63,681 bases of DNA, filler included, from Phoronis australis (GCA_002633005.1; 7 parts of 7 records of this genome joined end to end with filler, not necessarily neighbours in it), one strand, 5' to 3'; positions 25,553-38,796 are shown, counted from the first letter of the whole stretch. Made by a program: numbers and translations. Notes: generated by a model from the letters alone, not told the origin.

Positions 25553-26357
25553 TTGAAAAACAGATATAGGCTTTCAAATTGGATTCATTATGGTGCTTTA
25601 AGACGTGCGATTAAGTTGAAAGCTGATCCTTCGATTTCAAAATGCATACATCCCCTGTCAAGCCAAATTACTAATGGGTTTTCTAAAAATATTTTGCTTT
25701 CCAAAACTGTTTTGCCATCTGATATAGAGTACAGCTTAACTGAAATTTACTCTAGACAACGAATTAAACAAATTTATGTTCTTCCACACAAACTTTTGTT
25801 AACCTCCTTATGTTAAAACCTTTAAGTACTTCTATATTCATAGAAAAGTGTTTACAAGAAAACTTAATTTGAAAAAGATGAACTTAGTGATGACAAGTGT
25901 GCATCTTGTGCAACTGTTGAGACTTTTAACCATATGTTTGTGGAATGTGGTTCTGTGAAAACTTTGTGGTGTGAAATTCAGAAACTTTTAATTTACGTAA
26001 CTGCACAACACGATTTAATCTTAGATAAAAATGTTATTTTGACAGCATATTTTGGATGTAAGTTTGAAGATATCAATACCATATTAACTATTTGCCAGTA
26101 TTTCATCCATAAATGTTCTAGAAACCAGATTATTCCTAGATATTCACAATTTCAATGTTTCTTGTATAATTATTGTAAAGTAAGGAATAGACAACCCCGC
26201 AAAACTGCTTTTTGGGAAACCATCAATGCCTATTTATTTAGACCAAACGTGAATTTCTATTATTTAGATATGTGTGTGTGTCTGTGTTTCATTTGCAAAA
26301 ATCTTATTGTTTGTAAATATTAGTGTATTTAGAAATAAAATGTATCAAAAAAGAAAA
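25553..26357 (+). mobile_element. 5'-truncated L1/Tx1-like LINE insertion with poly-A tail and 12-bp TSD
   Basis: AAAGTTGGAAGT at 25541-25552 and 26358-26369; AATAAA plus A-rich tail at 26334-26360; C-terminal zinc finger CASCATVETFNHMFVEC. Confidence 0.85.
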
Positions 26358-28640
26358 AAAGTTGGAAGTGAAAAGGACAAAAAAAACTAGGATGGCCCAC
26401 AGGTTCTCCAAAGGCCGTGTCGGTCAATTCACCCTTGCCCACGTTTTTATATGATCCCTGATCACATTTGTTTTGGGGCAAAATACGAGTATGAACTTTA
26501 AAATCAGCGTATATGTATACAACGACATATTAATCGACGTTTCGGTTTATTGTCACTAAACCATTCTCAAAACAAATGTCCCCGCCGTTGTTGCCTATTA
26601 CTAGTGCGATACTGAAGAGTTGTGAGGAAAGTTCTCGAAGAGCCGCCTTTTTCAGACAGGAAAAGGTGCGTTTGTGGAGGCTGTAGTAACAGCAGCTTGA
26701 CTGATTTTTGTTCAAATTTCCTAAATACGTAAAAGTTGCACTGAAATGGCATCGGTTTGTGCGCCGCACGAGGGTATGTAATGTTAGCCGTGCGGAACAT
26801 GCATATTTAGTCGGAAGCCATACTTTGTTCGGCACATTTCAAGGAACCGTGTTTCGACCCGAAAAAAGCAGCGTTACGGTGGAAGAATCGCCACCTTGTA
26901 AGTGTATTTGAAAATTTTATGAATAACGAGCAAACTGCTTTCATTCTATGGCGAGTGACGCCAGAGGCCCTCGATCCCGACCCAGATCGAGAGTTACGGC
27001 ACGTAGGCTTGTGCATTGTGTTTAGACCGTGCTCATCCATCATGGCAATAGTGAATAGGAGTAACACAGGTTTATTGTGACCTTTGTCAGTGATTATGAA
27101 GTGTCTATTTTGTGAATATCGACCACCCTTTAGTTTAGCATTTCCGTGCAAGTGGGCCGAGTTCATACGGCCTCAAAGTCGATGAAAGTTCTCTCAGTGG
27201 GAAATGGAATTCATAGTCTGGTTTTTCAAGTACTTCAGTGTGATGCCCGTATCCACTCTTCTCTGTCTGCATAATAATTGTCAAGTTATCGCTCAAAATC
27301 GTCCTTGTCTTCTGATCAGCTGTTTTCCGCCATTGCAATGGATTGTCAGGTGACCAAACGTCTACCACCCAGTGAATCATTTGACGAGAAACTTGGAAAT
27401 AACCCGTTTTCTTCAAAATTTGAAAAATGCGAGTATTTGGCATAAAATGTGCTTATTTAGTTAGATTATATGGTATTCGTTTCATAGTGGGTAACTGAAA
27501 CTTCAAAAACGCAAATGCATGGTGGAAACTCTTAATCGCTAGACCGGCGGAAAGCTATCATACTGTCGAACAATGATCGTTTAAGAACTAAAAGTACACA
27601 TAGATTAAGTAAAAGTCCGTGTAGATTAAGCAAAAGTATGCTTAGATTAAGCACATTTCAACGCGCAGAAAGGTATATACTTGTTTTCGCACTTCATATC
27701 GTCTTTGTGGAGGCCAGTCAGATTCACTTGCACGTGCACAATGGTTTGCCAAATGATGCAAGTGCGTGTTAGCAACCCCAACGCAGGAACTTTGTTCGTC
27801 GGGGTCAGCTACATTCCTCTCAACTTGTGCGAGTTTCATTGTACGTAGTCGAAGTGTGTTATTTTTTCCAGCTATAAGCCAACTCTTCTAATAAATTCTG
27901 ATTTTTGTTGTCTTTAAAAGTTGATTTGCTTACAACGTATCTCGGCCACAACGAAGATTCTTGACGGATGTTCGTTGTAACATGAAGAGGTCCGCGTGTA
28001 AAATGTGTTGGTCTCTGTCTCGAAGCAGTTTTTTTCACGTGTGGGTAAGTCAGTCACTCTGAAAAATTGAGAAACACGTTGAATTTGACTTAATCCCGCC
28101 GTCTCTACCAAATACGTACCCTCTAAGCAAAACACGATTTTTGAATGTTTGTCAGTTTAGCAAGCAGCAGGGTACCTGACACTTTAGTCTCCCGCACAGA
28201 CTCTCTAGATTCACAAGCTATCCGTGACGTCAGCGTGTGAGGCCCAGGAACCAAGTTACCAGACACTTATCAGTGAATGACAAGTGAAAAGACATGCTTC
28301 TGCCTTACAGGAACAGTTGTCGATATTGCAATGAGTTATTATGTTCAAAAGTCGAAAATACAAATCCGCCACTTTCCCATCAGCCAGGTATTCGAGATTA
28401 GCATTAAGGCATTTGGCTTATTGACGGAAGTTCATGGTTGGGATGAGAATGACTCATACAAAGCGGAGTTTGAACATTGGGTTCTCATTCGCCAAGCGTG
28501 GGATATCTCATCAGTTTGTTTCACTGAATGATAATAATAACAAACTTCCATTCCATAGATCAAACATCATGCGCGCACCTACGGGGGCTCGAAAAAGCCT
28601 CCCCCATTTGGCGAAGTGGGCAAAAAAGTTCGCCTCAGAG

Positions 28641-28797
28641 CAGTGCTGTAGTGGTAAAATTAGAAGTAAGTAGGCGCCCAGAGCCCACCGCATCACCTTG
28701 AGCACTGAACGGAACTTACGGTGGGTAGGCGCTACGTTCAAATGACAAATGGTTGTTCGCTGCGCCTACGTGCCGCCTACGCCCCACTACAGCACTG
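28641..28797. mobile_element. hAT-type MITE, 157 bp
   Basis: Perfect 14-bp TIR CAGTGCTGTAGTGG / CCACTACAGCACTG; 8-bp flanks CCTCAGAG and TCTCAGAG (7 of 8 match). Confidence 0.85.
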
Positions 28798-29576
28798 TCT
28801 CAGAGAAACAAAACTCCGAAAAAGTAGAGAAGAAACAAAAATCCATTAAAAAGGCAGCAACAACCAAAATCGTTCCGCGAGTGCACAGTTCACAGCTCTG
28901 AACGTACCCCGTGAATCTGGTAAAAGGTCACAGTCTCAACAATTCGAGCTTCTCGTTCTTTACGGCTGAGTGCGCGCGTGAACGTTGCTTACATCTTCCA
29001 CTCTTCTCGTGTTTGGTCGTAGCTAGGCGATTATTGCTATTGTCTTGTCCGCTAAGAGATTTTACTGCTCAAAAACTCTCATTGACAAACACGTTCTCCG
29101 GCGTGTAGCGTTATTACAAAAATATCGTTTCATGTTTGTTGAACATCTATTAAAAATAAATAACGCGTCAATTTCGCACAGTTAATTTTCTCTTTGTCAC
29201 GATCAAGTTGTTAGGCATGAACATGTTTCCATCTTACATGTGTGGGAAACGAGAGCTGCAACTTTGACTGAATGAACTTTTTCATGTGATGCAGATAAGT
29301 GTTAGCGATGAAGGTTTATTTCCAGTTTATCGACCTTTTATCGAATACCTTACACGGCACTGTAGTCCGGTTAATTCCATTTAATTAGATAGGCCAAAAG
29401 TTGGAAACAATCCAATACAAAGTAATTATACGCTTTTCCTTCCAGAATCATACATTCCTCTAGCATGGATGTTAAAAATAGGGGCATTTGAATGAGCCGA
29501 AATTTGTCCATGAGCGCTTCGTACAAAGTTTTCAAGCAATGTTTACGACTCAATACACTGTAGTTTTGCTTGCAAC

Positions 29577-30560
29577 TTTACTTGGTCCGGTCTCGTCACT
29601 GGCCGGACCGAGAGCGCTGTGACGTCATTAGACTAGCCGAATCGGAACATTTCAAATAAGTTCTTTCACTTTTCATTCAAAGGTCGCTTCTTCTGTTCAC
29701 ATTCTCGATGACAACAATAGTTTTTAATGCTTCTTACTATTGAAAAACCGTTACGTATCCTTGAATTGTTCACTTGGCTTGACAACACTAGCGTTGGCAA
29801 AATGTTCCGTCTATGTTTGTAATTACTGATCGTTGACAACTTCGTGCCGATTCCACATAATACACTCCGACTCAATTTGCAGTTCAGAAAACAAAAAGTT
29901 TACTTTGGCTGACTACCAGGAGATCCACTATTGACGACAATGAAAAGTAATTAATTTCATTTAATTGTACCAAGCAGCTCCAACAAAACCATTCTACGTG
30001 TCTCTAGAAAGTTATGAGCCAAACCATGAGCTTGATGACGTCACAGCGCACTCTGTCCGGCCTCAGTGTGAATAGACCGGACCAAGTAAATTGAGTCGTA
30101 GAAAATGTTTGATAACTTTCTGAAGACACGTAGAAGAGGTTAGAGCTGCTGGGTACATATCAAACGAAAAAAAAACTTTTCATTGGCGTTAAGTATGCTG
30201 TCTGCACCTTCTGGTAGCGAGCCCCAGTAAAACTTAAAAAGAAACTTCATAAACGCAAATAGGGTCTGACTTTATTCTGGGAATTCGGCAAGAAGTTGTC
30301 AACGATCAATAATTATGTCTGTGCACATACAGTCGCGCTTTGCCCAATTCCCCGAGACAACATGTTGCCCCCCACCCCCTTATGGTATCCTAGATCCGCC
30401 ACTGTGTCGAGCCAAGTTTCAAGTAAACGTAATGGTTTTCGAACAGTGAAAAGCACGAAAAACGGTTATAGACATCGAAAATTGAAATGTAAATAAAAAA
30501 CGGATTTTGATGACAAAGTCAAAGAACTGATGAAATAGATTCCGTGAGTTTGATTAAGGG
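29577..30560. mobile_element. MITE with about 55-bp imperfect TIRs (29577-30090) followed by an inverted partial second copy
   Basis: TTTACTTGGTCCGGTC...GCGCTGTGACGTCAT vs ATGACGTCACAGCGC...GACCGGACCAAGTAAA. Blocks in 29720-30017 recur reverse-complemented in 30112-30470. Confidence 0.65.
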
Positions 30561-31726
30561 CACAGCGCTGATGGCTATCTCCATCGCTACAGGATACTGA
30601 GCCGTAAAATTTGGTTGATAACTCTCTTGTAAAAGGCAGATGAAAAGATTAAAGTTAGATGTGAAATCTAAATGTTGGATTTGTGGCGTTGTGTCCGTTA
30701 GTCCTCAGTATTGGGTGCTCCCATCTCCGCCGCTTGGCTGACTCACTGACATTACGGCGTTTTCCCGTTGCTCCCAACTTGTTCGATTCTATAGCCCAAC
30801 AACAAGTTGGGAAGATGACCCCTGTAGCCAATATCTTACACGACTGATTAACTCCATTCCGGCATTTATGGTTGGAGGGCCGGCTCTCTTTGGTTCGATA
30901 ATTGCTTTAATCTCCGATCGGATCGTATCTAGCCTGACTGGGCTGTGCTGCTAAAAATGAAAGTTAAGTTATAACGTATTTGAACAGAAACCAAAAGCAT
31001 TTCTGAATTCCTTGTCAAATACTGATCATCTTTATTTTTTGAATCACGAAAATCGCCCAACTACAATCCATTCTCCCAGGTTTCAGTAACCCTTTGAAGA
31101 CTGAGAGATAATTTGGCCTGCTTGTTGTCATACGGGACGAAAGACTGTGCTGGGCCGACTTGGTCGAATGGCCTACTTGGTCTACAACATCCCCATTGGA
31201 GTTGTTGTCCGTTCACTAAATTGGGTGGCGCTAATCTACAAAAAGTCAAAAGTAGGGTTTTGACAAGCTACACCCGTAGTTGCATTGAAGTGTTTGTCTT
31301 GTACAATCGGGGACGTAGGTATCCATTTTTATCTACTTGAAGGCCGTATTTTCTGGAACCGTGTCATTAAAAATATTCTTTATGCTGTGTGAATGCGGTT
31401 AGTTACCAACAAAGTCCACTGACATCTCGTTAAATGATAGTCCGTATTTTCCGCGGAGACGGTGAAATCGGCAATCCCAAATGCCATAAGCGTCCGGCAG
31501 AAAATTTTACACCAAACACTTTGCAGACGTGTTTCTGAACAATTCATCAGACACTTATCAAAAATACGCCCAGTGATGGGGCATACTTTTTGGGAAATTT
31601 TCCACTGAAAAATACGCACCTGGCTTTACGGCTTTAGGGTGGGCGGAAACTCCCGGTAGAGAAAAGCTTTTGGGCCCGTCAACAAAGAATCTTAAAATAG
31701 AGTCTACATCATAGACATGCTATGGT

Positions 31727-32697
31727 CAGTGGCGGACCTAGGATATCACAAGGGTTGGGGGCCAACATTTTGTCCGTAAATATTTGCTCCTAGCACGATT
31801 GTAGATGTCCATAGCACCGAATAGGGGGAGGTCGGGAGGAAATTTTTCTGTTTTTTCCTCTAAAAATCAAGCATTTTTCTTGATACCCGAAGTATGATCC
31901 AAAAATGGACAAAAAAACGAAGAAAGTGTCAACCAGGAAAAACTGCAAGTACCACACAGACTCTAATTCACGACTTCGCGATTAGAACACGCGTGCTTTA
32001 TCACTGCACCACCACGATTTAACTCCCAATTTGATACTAAGAGACCTAATTGTTTATGGTCCACAGCTTTTGCACGCGAAAACTCCTTCTTTTTGTAATG
32101 CTTATTACATGTTTTATATTTTGTGCAATCAGTTCGTAACAAATTTGTTGTATTTAAAATAGTCTTCAATTGCCCAAAAGACCAAATCCGTTTTTTGTGT
32201 TGGCAATAATGACGAGATTGCTTTGGAAATCGTCTTAAGTTAAGGTTTGACAAAGAGAGAATTATGAGTTTCTTAGTGATTCACTAAAGCTTCTGTTTTT
32301 TCACCATCACTCAGATTCCAGTTTCTTTAAAAAATGAAGTAATTTTCTTCATTGCACAGTGGAGCAGACGACGGAAACGGAGTCGTAGTGCCCAGCGCTT
32401 CTGCCGGTCGCCTGAGATATCGCGGGAAAGCCTATACCAAAGACGCTCTCTACGGTCTCTGCCTATACTTAGCCATAGTTCCGTTACGATAGCGCCGTGT
32501 TCCGAATTTGACACTTGAAATTGGATCTGAGCCCCCCCCCCAAACATTAAAACTGCACACATTTAAATCTTGTTTCAGTCGTATAATTTTATTACCGGGG
32601 TTAATTAATAAATTCAACATTTCCCTACGCTTTTGCTGTTTTATATTTTTTTGAGGCAGCCAAGGGGGGGCCCTGCCCCCCCCTAAATCCGCCTATG
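31727..32697. mobile_element. Probable non-autonomous DNA element with CAGTGGCGGA...TCCGCCTATG termini
   Basis: Imperfect terminal inverted repeat with G/C-run subterminal motifs; TSD not clear. Confidence 0.45.
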
Positions 32698-32905
32698 ATG
32701 GTCTACATATACTCAAAAATTAGCAATTCCGGTCCAGACATCAGATGCGGCGGCAAGTAGAGTAGGCTACACTGGTACCCGCGGTATCCATATCTACCGC
32801 GAGTATCAGGAAACCAGTCTCGCAATTAGTCAACAGGAGGCGCTCCGATTGTAACAGGAAGGAAGAAAAGTTGATTTCATTTTGATGGAGGTTTCGGGTT
32901 CTGCA

Positions 32906-33098
32906 ATGTTACGTCGATTTCGAAACATTGTTTCGAATATTATGGCGGGTGTTCGCTCCATTCCCGACGGCGGTGAATCCCCAAGTGAGGTTGAGATTTT
33001 GGAGATTAAATATCCTTATAGACGACCCGAGTTTTTGCAATTGTCTTGTGATGAAGTGTCCGTGAGTGCAGACCATCAATCTAGACCGATTCTCGTTC
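32906..33098 (+). CDS. PPM1H: Protein phosphatase 1H/1J-like (PP2C family), first coding exon, truncated at a single-N junction
   Basis: MLRRFRNIVSNIMAG...KYPYRRPEFLQLSCDEVSVSADHQSRPILV matches the PPM1H N-terminus pattern (FPY.RPEFL.LS.DEV..SADH..RPIL). Alternative ATG at 32885. Confidence 0.9.
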
Positions 33099-33287
33099 NG
33101 AATGTTCATGCTATAAAACCAACAACTGGAATATTCATAATCCTAAAATTGTCTCAAGTGATATGAACACAAAAACGAATTTATGATGGACAGATAAATA
33201 AAGTTCTCAAGGCATCCTCAAGGAAGGAGGGGCCAAACCATTTCTGTCTATCATAAGGCATTGGAGTATCTACTATGCAACACTGAG

Positions 33288-33398
33288 TTATTCCAGCACT
33301 TCGAAGTCCCTTTGACCAAAGTCTTCAATCAGCCGAAAGAAGTAGATAGCCTCATCTTCGTTGTAATGGATATTAAACCAAGACAGATATCCGAGGAC
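33288..33398 (-). CDS. Candidate terminal coding exon of an unidentified gene (VLGYLSWFNIHYNEDEAIYFFRLIEDFGQRDFEVLE*)
   Basis: Strong TTCTTTCAG| acceptor and 36 open codons with protein-like composition ending in TAA. Confidence 0.5.
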   Translation of the reverse strand, partial: VLGYLSWFNIHYNEDEAIYFFRLIEDFGQRDFEVLE

Positions 33399-33989
33399 CT
33401 GAAAGAATACTATAATTCATAATTATTTGAACAGTGTTATGCGAAAATGTTACTCTACTTGGAAATTATGCACATTTTAACAAAGGTGACATAATACTAT
33501 TAAACTACAAGGTTGTGAAAAGAAAAAAGAAATAGCTAGATAGGTCATGTCAGTGTTTGTCTGACAGTGTCTTAAGAGGTGGTGTTGGCATATGGTACTT
33601 CTTCGCGGACTCCTCAACAGCATCAGGAGCTGAAAAGCACAGTCCGATAGGTGGAGGGGAGAGCTAAAATGAAGGAGGCTTTGACCGTTTGTCTATGAGA
33701 TCATGTCCAACTGAATAACTGATAAAATGCAAGTAGAATCANNNNNNNNNNNNNNNNAACAAAGCTTACCTAGAGGATAAAGATAAGATCAGGGTGAGAT
33801 TTATGAACAGTCAAGGCAAACCTCAATTGTTCTGTTGAAAACTATATATACTGGCCCGTGGTCAGAAAAAAGTTTATCGAAAGCATGTATATGTTTCAAA
33901 GTAGTGGACCACAAAGTCTTGGAAACACAGGACTGCAGTAGAACTGTACATCTGTAATATTTGTTTAATCTCAAATTAAAACATTTTCA

Positions 33990-35642
33990 TTTTTATGCGC
34001 CCACATATTTATATGTGGACGCATTATGCCGTCATCTCTGTCCGTCCGTCCGTCCGTCCGTCCGTCCGGGCGGCGTCTGTCCGGCGTCCGGCGTCCGCTG
34101 CTCTATCTCCAAAACCCTTTGACATACGTTCATGAAATTTGGCACATATGTCCCATTCATGAATGGGACGGCATGTGCGAACTTTCGGACGGATCCGACT
34201 ACCGGTGTGCCCCCTAGTGGCAATTTTAGTTTTTTACGCTTACCTTTGTATCTTCAAAAGTCCTGAACGGATTTTCATTAAATTTGGTATGTAGGCACCT
34301 AGTAGAGAGATGACGCTATCCTGCCGTTTTCGGATGGATTCGACATAGTTTGCGCCACCTAGTGGCCATTTTTACTGTTTTCGAGTCTGTTTTTGTGCTG
34401 CCACATGAAATTTGGTATGTAGGCACCTATTAGTGAGATGACGCTATCCTGCCGTTTTCAGATGGATTCGACATAGTTTGCACCACCTATTGGCCATTTT
34501 TAGTGTTTTCGAGTCTGTTTTTGTGCGTCCACCCCTCTATCAACCAAACCGCTCAAAGGATGATTGTAAAAATTGGCATGTATATGCTTACTATGGAGAG
34601 GACGGTTGACGATGATTTTCCGACGTTTTCGACTACTGTGGCGCCTCCTAGTGGCAGTTTTGTTTTTTTTGCGCCTATGGCTGTATCTCCTAAACCTTTC
34701 GCAAGATCTTTACGAAATTGTGTAAGTATATTTATATAACGTTAGCAACCGAAGATGACGACTTTTGGACGGATCCGAATACCGGTGTGCCCCCTAGTGG
34801 CAATTTTAGTTTTTTACCTTTGTATCTTCAAAAGTCCTGAAAGGATTTTCATGAAATTTGGTATGTATGCACCTATTAGTGAGATGACGCTATCCTCCCG
34901 TTTTCAGATGGATTTGACATAGTTTGCGCCATGTAGTGGCCATTTTTACTGTTTTCGAGTCTGTATTTTTGCGTCCACCCCTCTATCAACCAAACCGCTC
35001 AAAGGATGATTGTGAAAATTGGCATGTATGTTCTTACTATGAAGAGGACGTTTGACGCTGAATTTCCCATGACTTTGATTATTGTGGCGCTTCCTAGTGG
35101 CTGTTTTTTTTGCGCCCATGGCTGTATCTCCCAAACCGTTTGCAGGATCGTTACTAAATTTAGCATGTGTATTTATGTGATGTTGACAACGGACGATGAC
35201 GACTTTAGGATGATTCTGACTACCGGTATGCCTCTAGTGGCAATTTTAGTATTTTACATTGACCTCTGTATTTTCATAGGTCTTCAGGTGTATACTTTGT
35301 GTTACTTCGTGGCTATGAAGGAAAGGTTCCAAGTAGAAATTTGTTTCTGGCATTCTAATGCTGTGCTAATCTCGTATGTTGGTAAATTTGTTTTTAATTC
35401 TATGTTTCTGTGGTGCTTTAAGCAACTGATGTATAGGATGTGCTTGTATTATGAAGATCACTCACACATTTTGCCCCTAGCCTATTGAGGAGACAATGAC
35501 CATGCCTTTCCATTTTGCAAAGTACAACATACTACATATATGCCCTCTACTGGCCACTTAATGGTACCAATAAACAACCCTAGAAGGATACCGTATACAG
35601 TGCAATTTTGGGCGCATTTCAACGCTCTGCTTTGCTCTTGTT
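33990..35642 (+). mobile_element. Helentron/DINE-1-like non-autonomous element (HINE)
   Basis: 5' subTIR TTTTATGCGCCCA with a short hairpin, a (GTCC)n microsatellite, an internal array of diverged repeats with ATGAAATTTGG and CCTAGTGG motifs, and a 3' subTIR TGGGCGCAT followed by a short tail ending CTTGTT. Confidence 0.75.
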
Positions 35643-36282
35643 CAATCGTGCTAGGTTGCCATTTTGAACAGGCAGAGGAAATTTGAATCTTTGCATATGG
35701 ATTTCTTAAAGTAATGCTCTTTAAAGGAACACTAATAATTTTTCTCTCAGTTACCGTTTTTTATTTGACATGGTTTACCCTCTACTGAACAAAATTGTTC
35801 ATTTTTGACATCTCCATTCGTCATATGATCGTTGTCATCGTGACCATCACCATCATCATTCATTGTCAAATGTTCATCATTCAGTGTCACAGGGTGTCGT
35901 TCTTCAGATGAGCTTTCAATGCATTCTGGCCTTCTTTTCAAGCATATTGTATGGGACTCAAGTCTCTCAGTGTCGTTGGTTGTGTTGCAGACTTAGAAGT
36001 TATCCTTACTGATGTCAAATTTTCTTCGTCAACACCCCCACCTTAGCAGTCAATTTTGCCAATCACTCCTCAAGAGTGCTTTCATTTGCCATTCTCACAG
36101 TATGTCTGTTGAAGGCCTGTCAATAGTGTCCATACAACTGGCTGGGACTTTTGATTGCATTTGGGCAAAACAGGTCGCTGGAAATTATTCCTGTAAAAAA
36201 GTTCTTGGAAATTTCTAGGATTCTGAAATACCTGTATGTGTATTTTGATTGCTCAGTGTATCTAACCATTTGTGTCTTTCAG

Positions 36283-36381
36283 GAGAAGCAGTCATCATCC
36301 TTGACAACATTTAGTTCCACCATTTGCACAACTGGTGAAGTGATGGATAGTAGGACAGTGCTACAACCAAAACAGAGTCGG
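36283..36381 (+). CDS. Candidate 99-nt phase 0-0 exon (EKQSSSLTTFSSTICTTGEVMDSRTVLQPKQSR), gene unknown
   Basis: TGTCTTTCAG| acceptor, CGG|GTATGT donor, open frame. Confidence 0.4.
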
Positions 36382-37088
36382 GTATGTTTGACTGTAATCT
36401 GCTTGCTGTATGTTTGACTGTAATCTGCTTGCTGTATGTTTGACTGTAATCTGCTTGCTGTATGTTTGACTGTAATCTGCTTGCTGTATGTTTGACTGTA
36501 ATCTGCTTGCTGTATGTTTGACTGTAATCTGCTTGCTGTATGTTTGACTGTAATCTGCTTGCTGTATGTTTGACTGTAATCTGCTTGCTGTATGTTTGAC
36601 TGTAATCTGCTTGCTGTATGTTTGACTGTAATCTGCTTGCTGTATGTTTGACTGTAATCTGCTTGCTGTATGTTTGACTGTAATCTGCTTGCTGTATGTT
36701 TGACTGTAATCTGCTTGCTGTATGTTTGACTGTAATCTGCTTGCTGTATGTTTGACTGTAATCTGCTTGCTGTATGTTTGACTGTAATCTGCTTGCTGTA
36801 TGTTTGACTGTAATCTGCTTGCTGTATGTTTGACTGTAATCTGCTTGCTGTATGTTTGACTGTAATCTGCTTGCTGTATGTTTGACTGTAATCTGCTTGC
36901 TGTATGTTTGACTGTAATCTGCTTGCTGTATGTTTGACTGTAATCTGCTTGCTGTATGTTTGACTGTAATCTGCTTGCTGTATGTTTGACTGTAATCTGC
37001 TTGCTGTATGTTTGACTGTAATCTGCTTGCTGTGTGTTTGACTGTAATCTGCTTGCTGTGTGTTTGACTGTAAAGTGCTTGCTGTATG
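36382..37088. repeat. 26-bp minisatellite (GTATGTTTGACTGTAATCTGCTTGCT), about 27 nearly identical copies
   Basis: Directly visible. Confidence 0.97.
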
Positions 37089-38796
37089 ATAATGTTAACT
37101 TCTGTGGCTGTGTGTTCATTTATAATAAACAAACTATTTTTCCCTTGACAGCTTTTGATAGAGACAAAAGTGGGCATATGAACTATTAGAGATGAAACTC
37201 TAGTGTTCAAATCATTAAAGGTCAAACGTTGATGGATTACGAGGAAAACACCAACCTCCAGGATGGAGATGTGAATTATACATTTAATGCAACAAATTAT
37301 TGTCCTGATGATGGATTTTGATCAAAATATAATACTTGAGCACTTTTCACTTTCTATGTTCACAAACTTCAAGTACTCAGCTTCAAGAGCTCTGCTTCTG
37401 GCGACGCTGTCTGCCCACACTAAGTTTCCGACTGCAGTGCACTAGATAAAACATGTATTCGAAAAAATCAGACTGGAAAATGGGACAGTGGATTTGCCAA
37501 TCCTCAAAATTTGAATTTGATTCCCGCAACTCACGGAAAGGTGTCAAATACTCCCAATTTTGATGACATTCTCCCTCTAATTCTTCCAATGTCAGTGATC
37601 ACATGATCGGGAATGTGAGGTGACCAAGGTCAGTGATCACTATGATCGGTATCGGATTTGAGGTGAATGAAGGGTGCTGTGTGTCTTAATTAGTGATTTG
37701 TGTTCTTGGATAGGTATACTAATTGATTTTACCTTCTATCCCGATTTATGGGGACAAATTGCGTCATAACAGTAGCATATCACTAAACAATCGAATAAGC
37801 TGAGTTCCTGTGTGAGCTCATTTTTAGAATATATCTGGACAGCTGATTCACTTATCAAGGGTGTGTGGATTGTCAAACTAGAGAACTTTGCATTGTGGAA
37901 AAACTTTGACGAAATATTTGATCAGATTGACAGGTAACACGTAAACAGACTGTGGACGTGGAGGGTAGCAGAATGACATTCTATTCTGGGATTGTAAGGT
38001 TGCTGATCTAGCGCTTTAACCAATCCTGCGGGCTGATAGTGACAGCCTTTCATGACTAGGAAACAAAAACTAATTGTTTGATCTTAATTATTTAAAAATC
38101 ACTCGTGTTTGGTTCCATGCACAACCTTTATTTTTGTAATTAGCATTTTTTGTGAACTAGGTCTGCACATAACCACCATCTGAGGGATAGAGCAATGGGG
38201 CTGCACATAACCTAAGACCACCATCTGAGGGTGGTCATAGGTTACGTGTAGCCCTATTTCACAAAAAATGGGGTGACCAGCATAGGAAAAGGCGGCTAAA
38301 TTTCTGATTTTTGGGTTAGGAAGAACAGAAATTTTTACACCTACACTAGGTCATCAACTTAAATGTTAAGAATAGGGCATTTGCATAGTCCTAACTATGC
38401 TATTGTATAGCAGGAACTAAACAAAGTGCAGTATTCATTGACAACTATGTGAAAACAGAAAATTCTGCAAATAGGTGACTTTTGCACTAATTATGTATCT
38501 CATGGGCTCACATAACCCTCATCATGCAGTGTTATTCCTTAACACCACGTCACGATCACTGGACACGGTTCAGTGATTTGCTACGGATCATTTTTACCAC
38601 AACACTTGTTCTTAAAAAAAAACATTTGGCAATTTTCAACCTACTTTATATTCAAATCATTGCAATATATTGTGTTTCTAATTTGGCCAAGCAATTACAC
38701 AGATAAAGAATTTGCATGTAAGTTCCACTTTAACAATCGCCTTTGGTTCCGTTATTTTCAATAGAAAAATGGATAAAAAGTCTTCACCTTGTTTAA

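Noticed and set aside
27680-27800. Possible decayed EGF-like exon on the minus strand (GC.H.C...PLCTC....DDMKC)
   Set aside because: Needs several frameshifts and stop read-throughs; could be chance.
37150-37190. EF-hand-like FDRDKSGHMNY after an AG acceptor
   Set aside because: Immediately followed by a stop, with no compatible upstream exon.
36311-37225. 304-aa and 252-aa repetitive ORFs
   Set aside because: By-products of the 26-bp minisatellite, which lacks stops on the minus strand.
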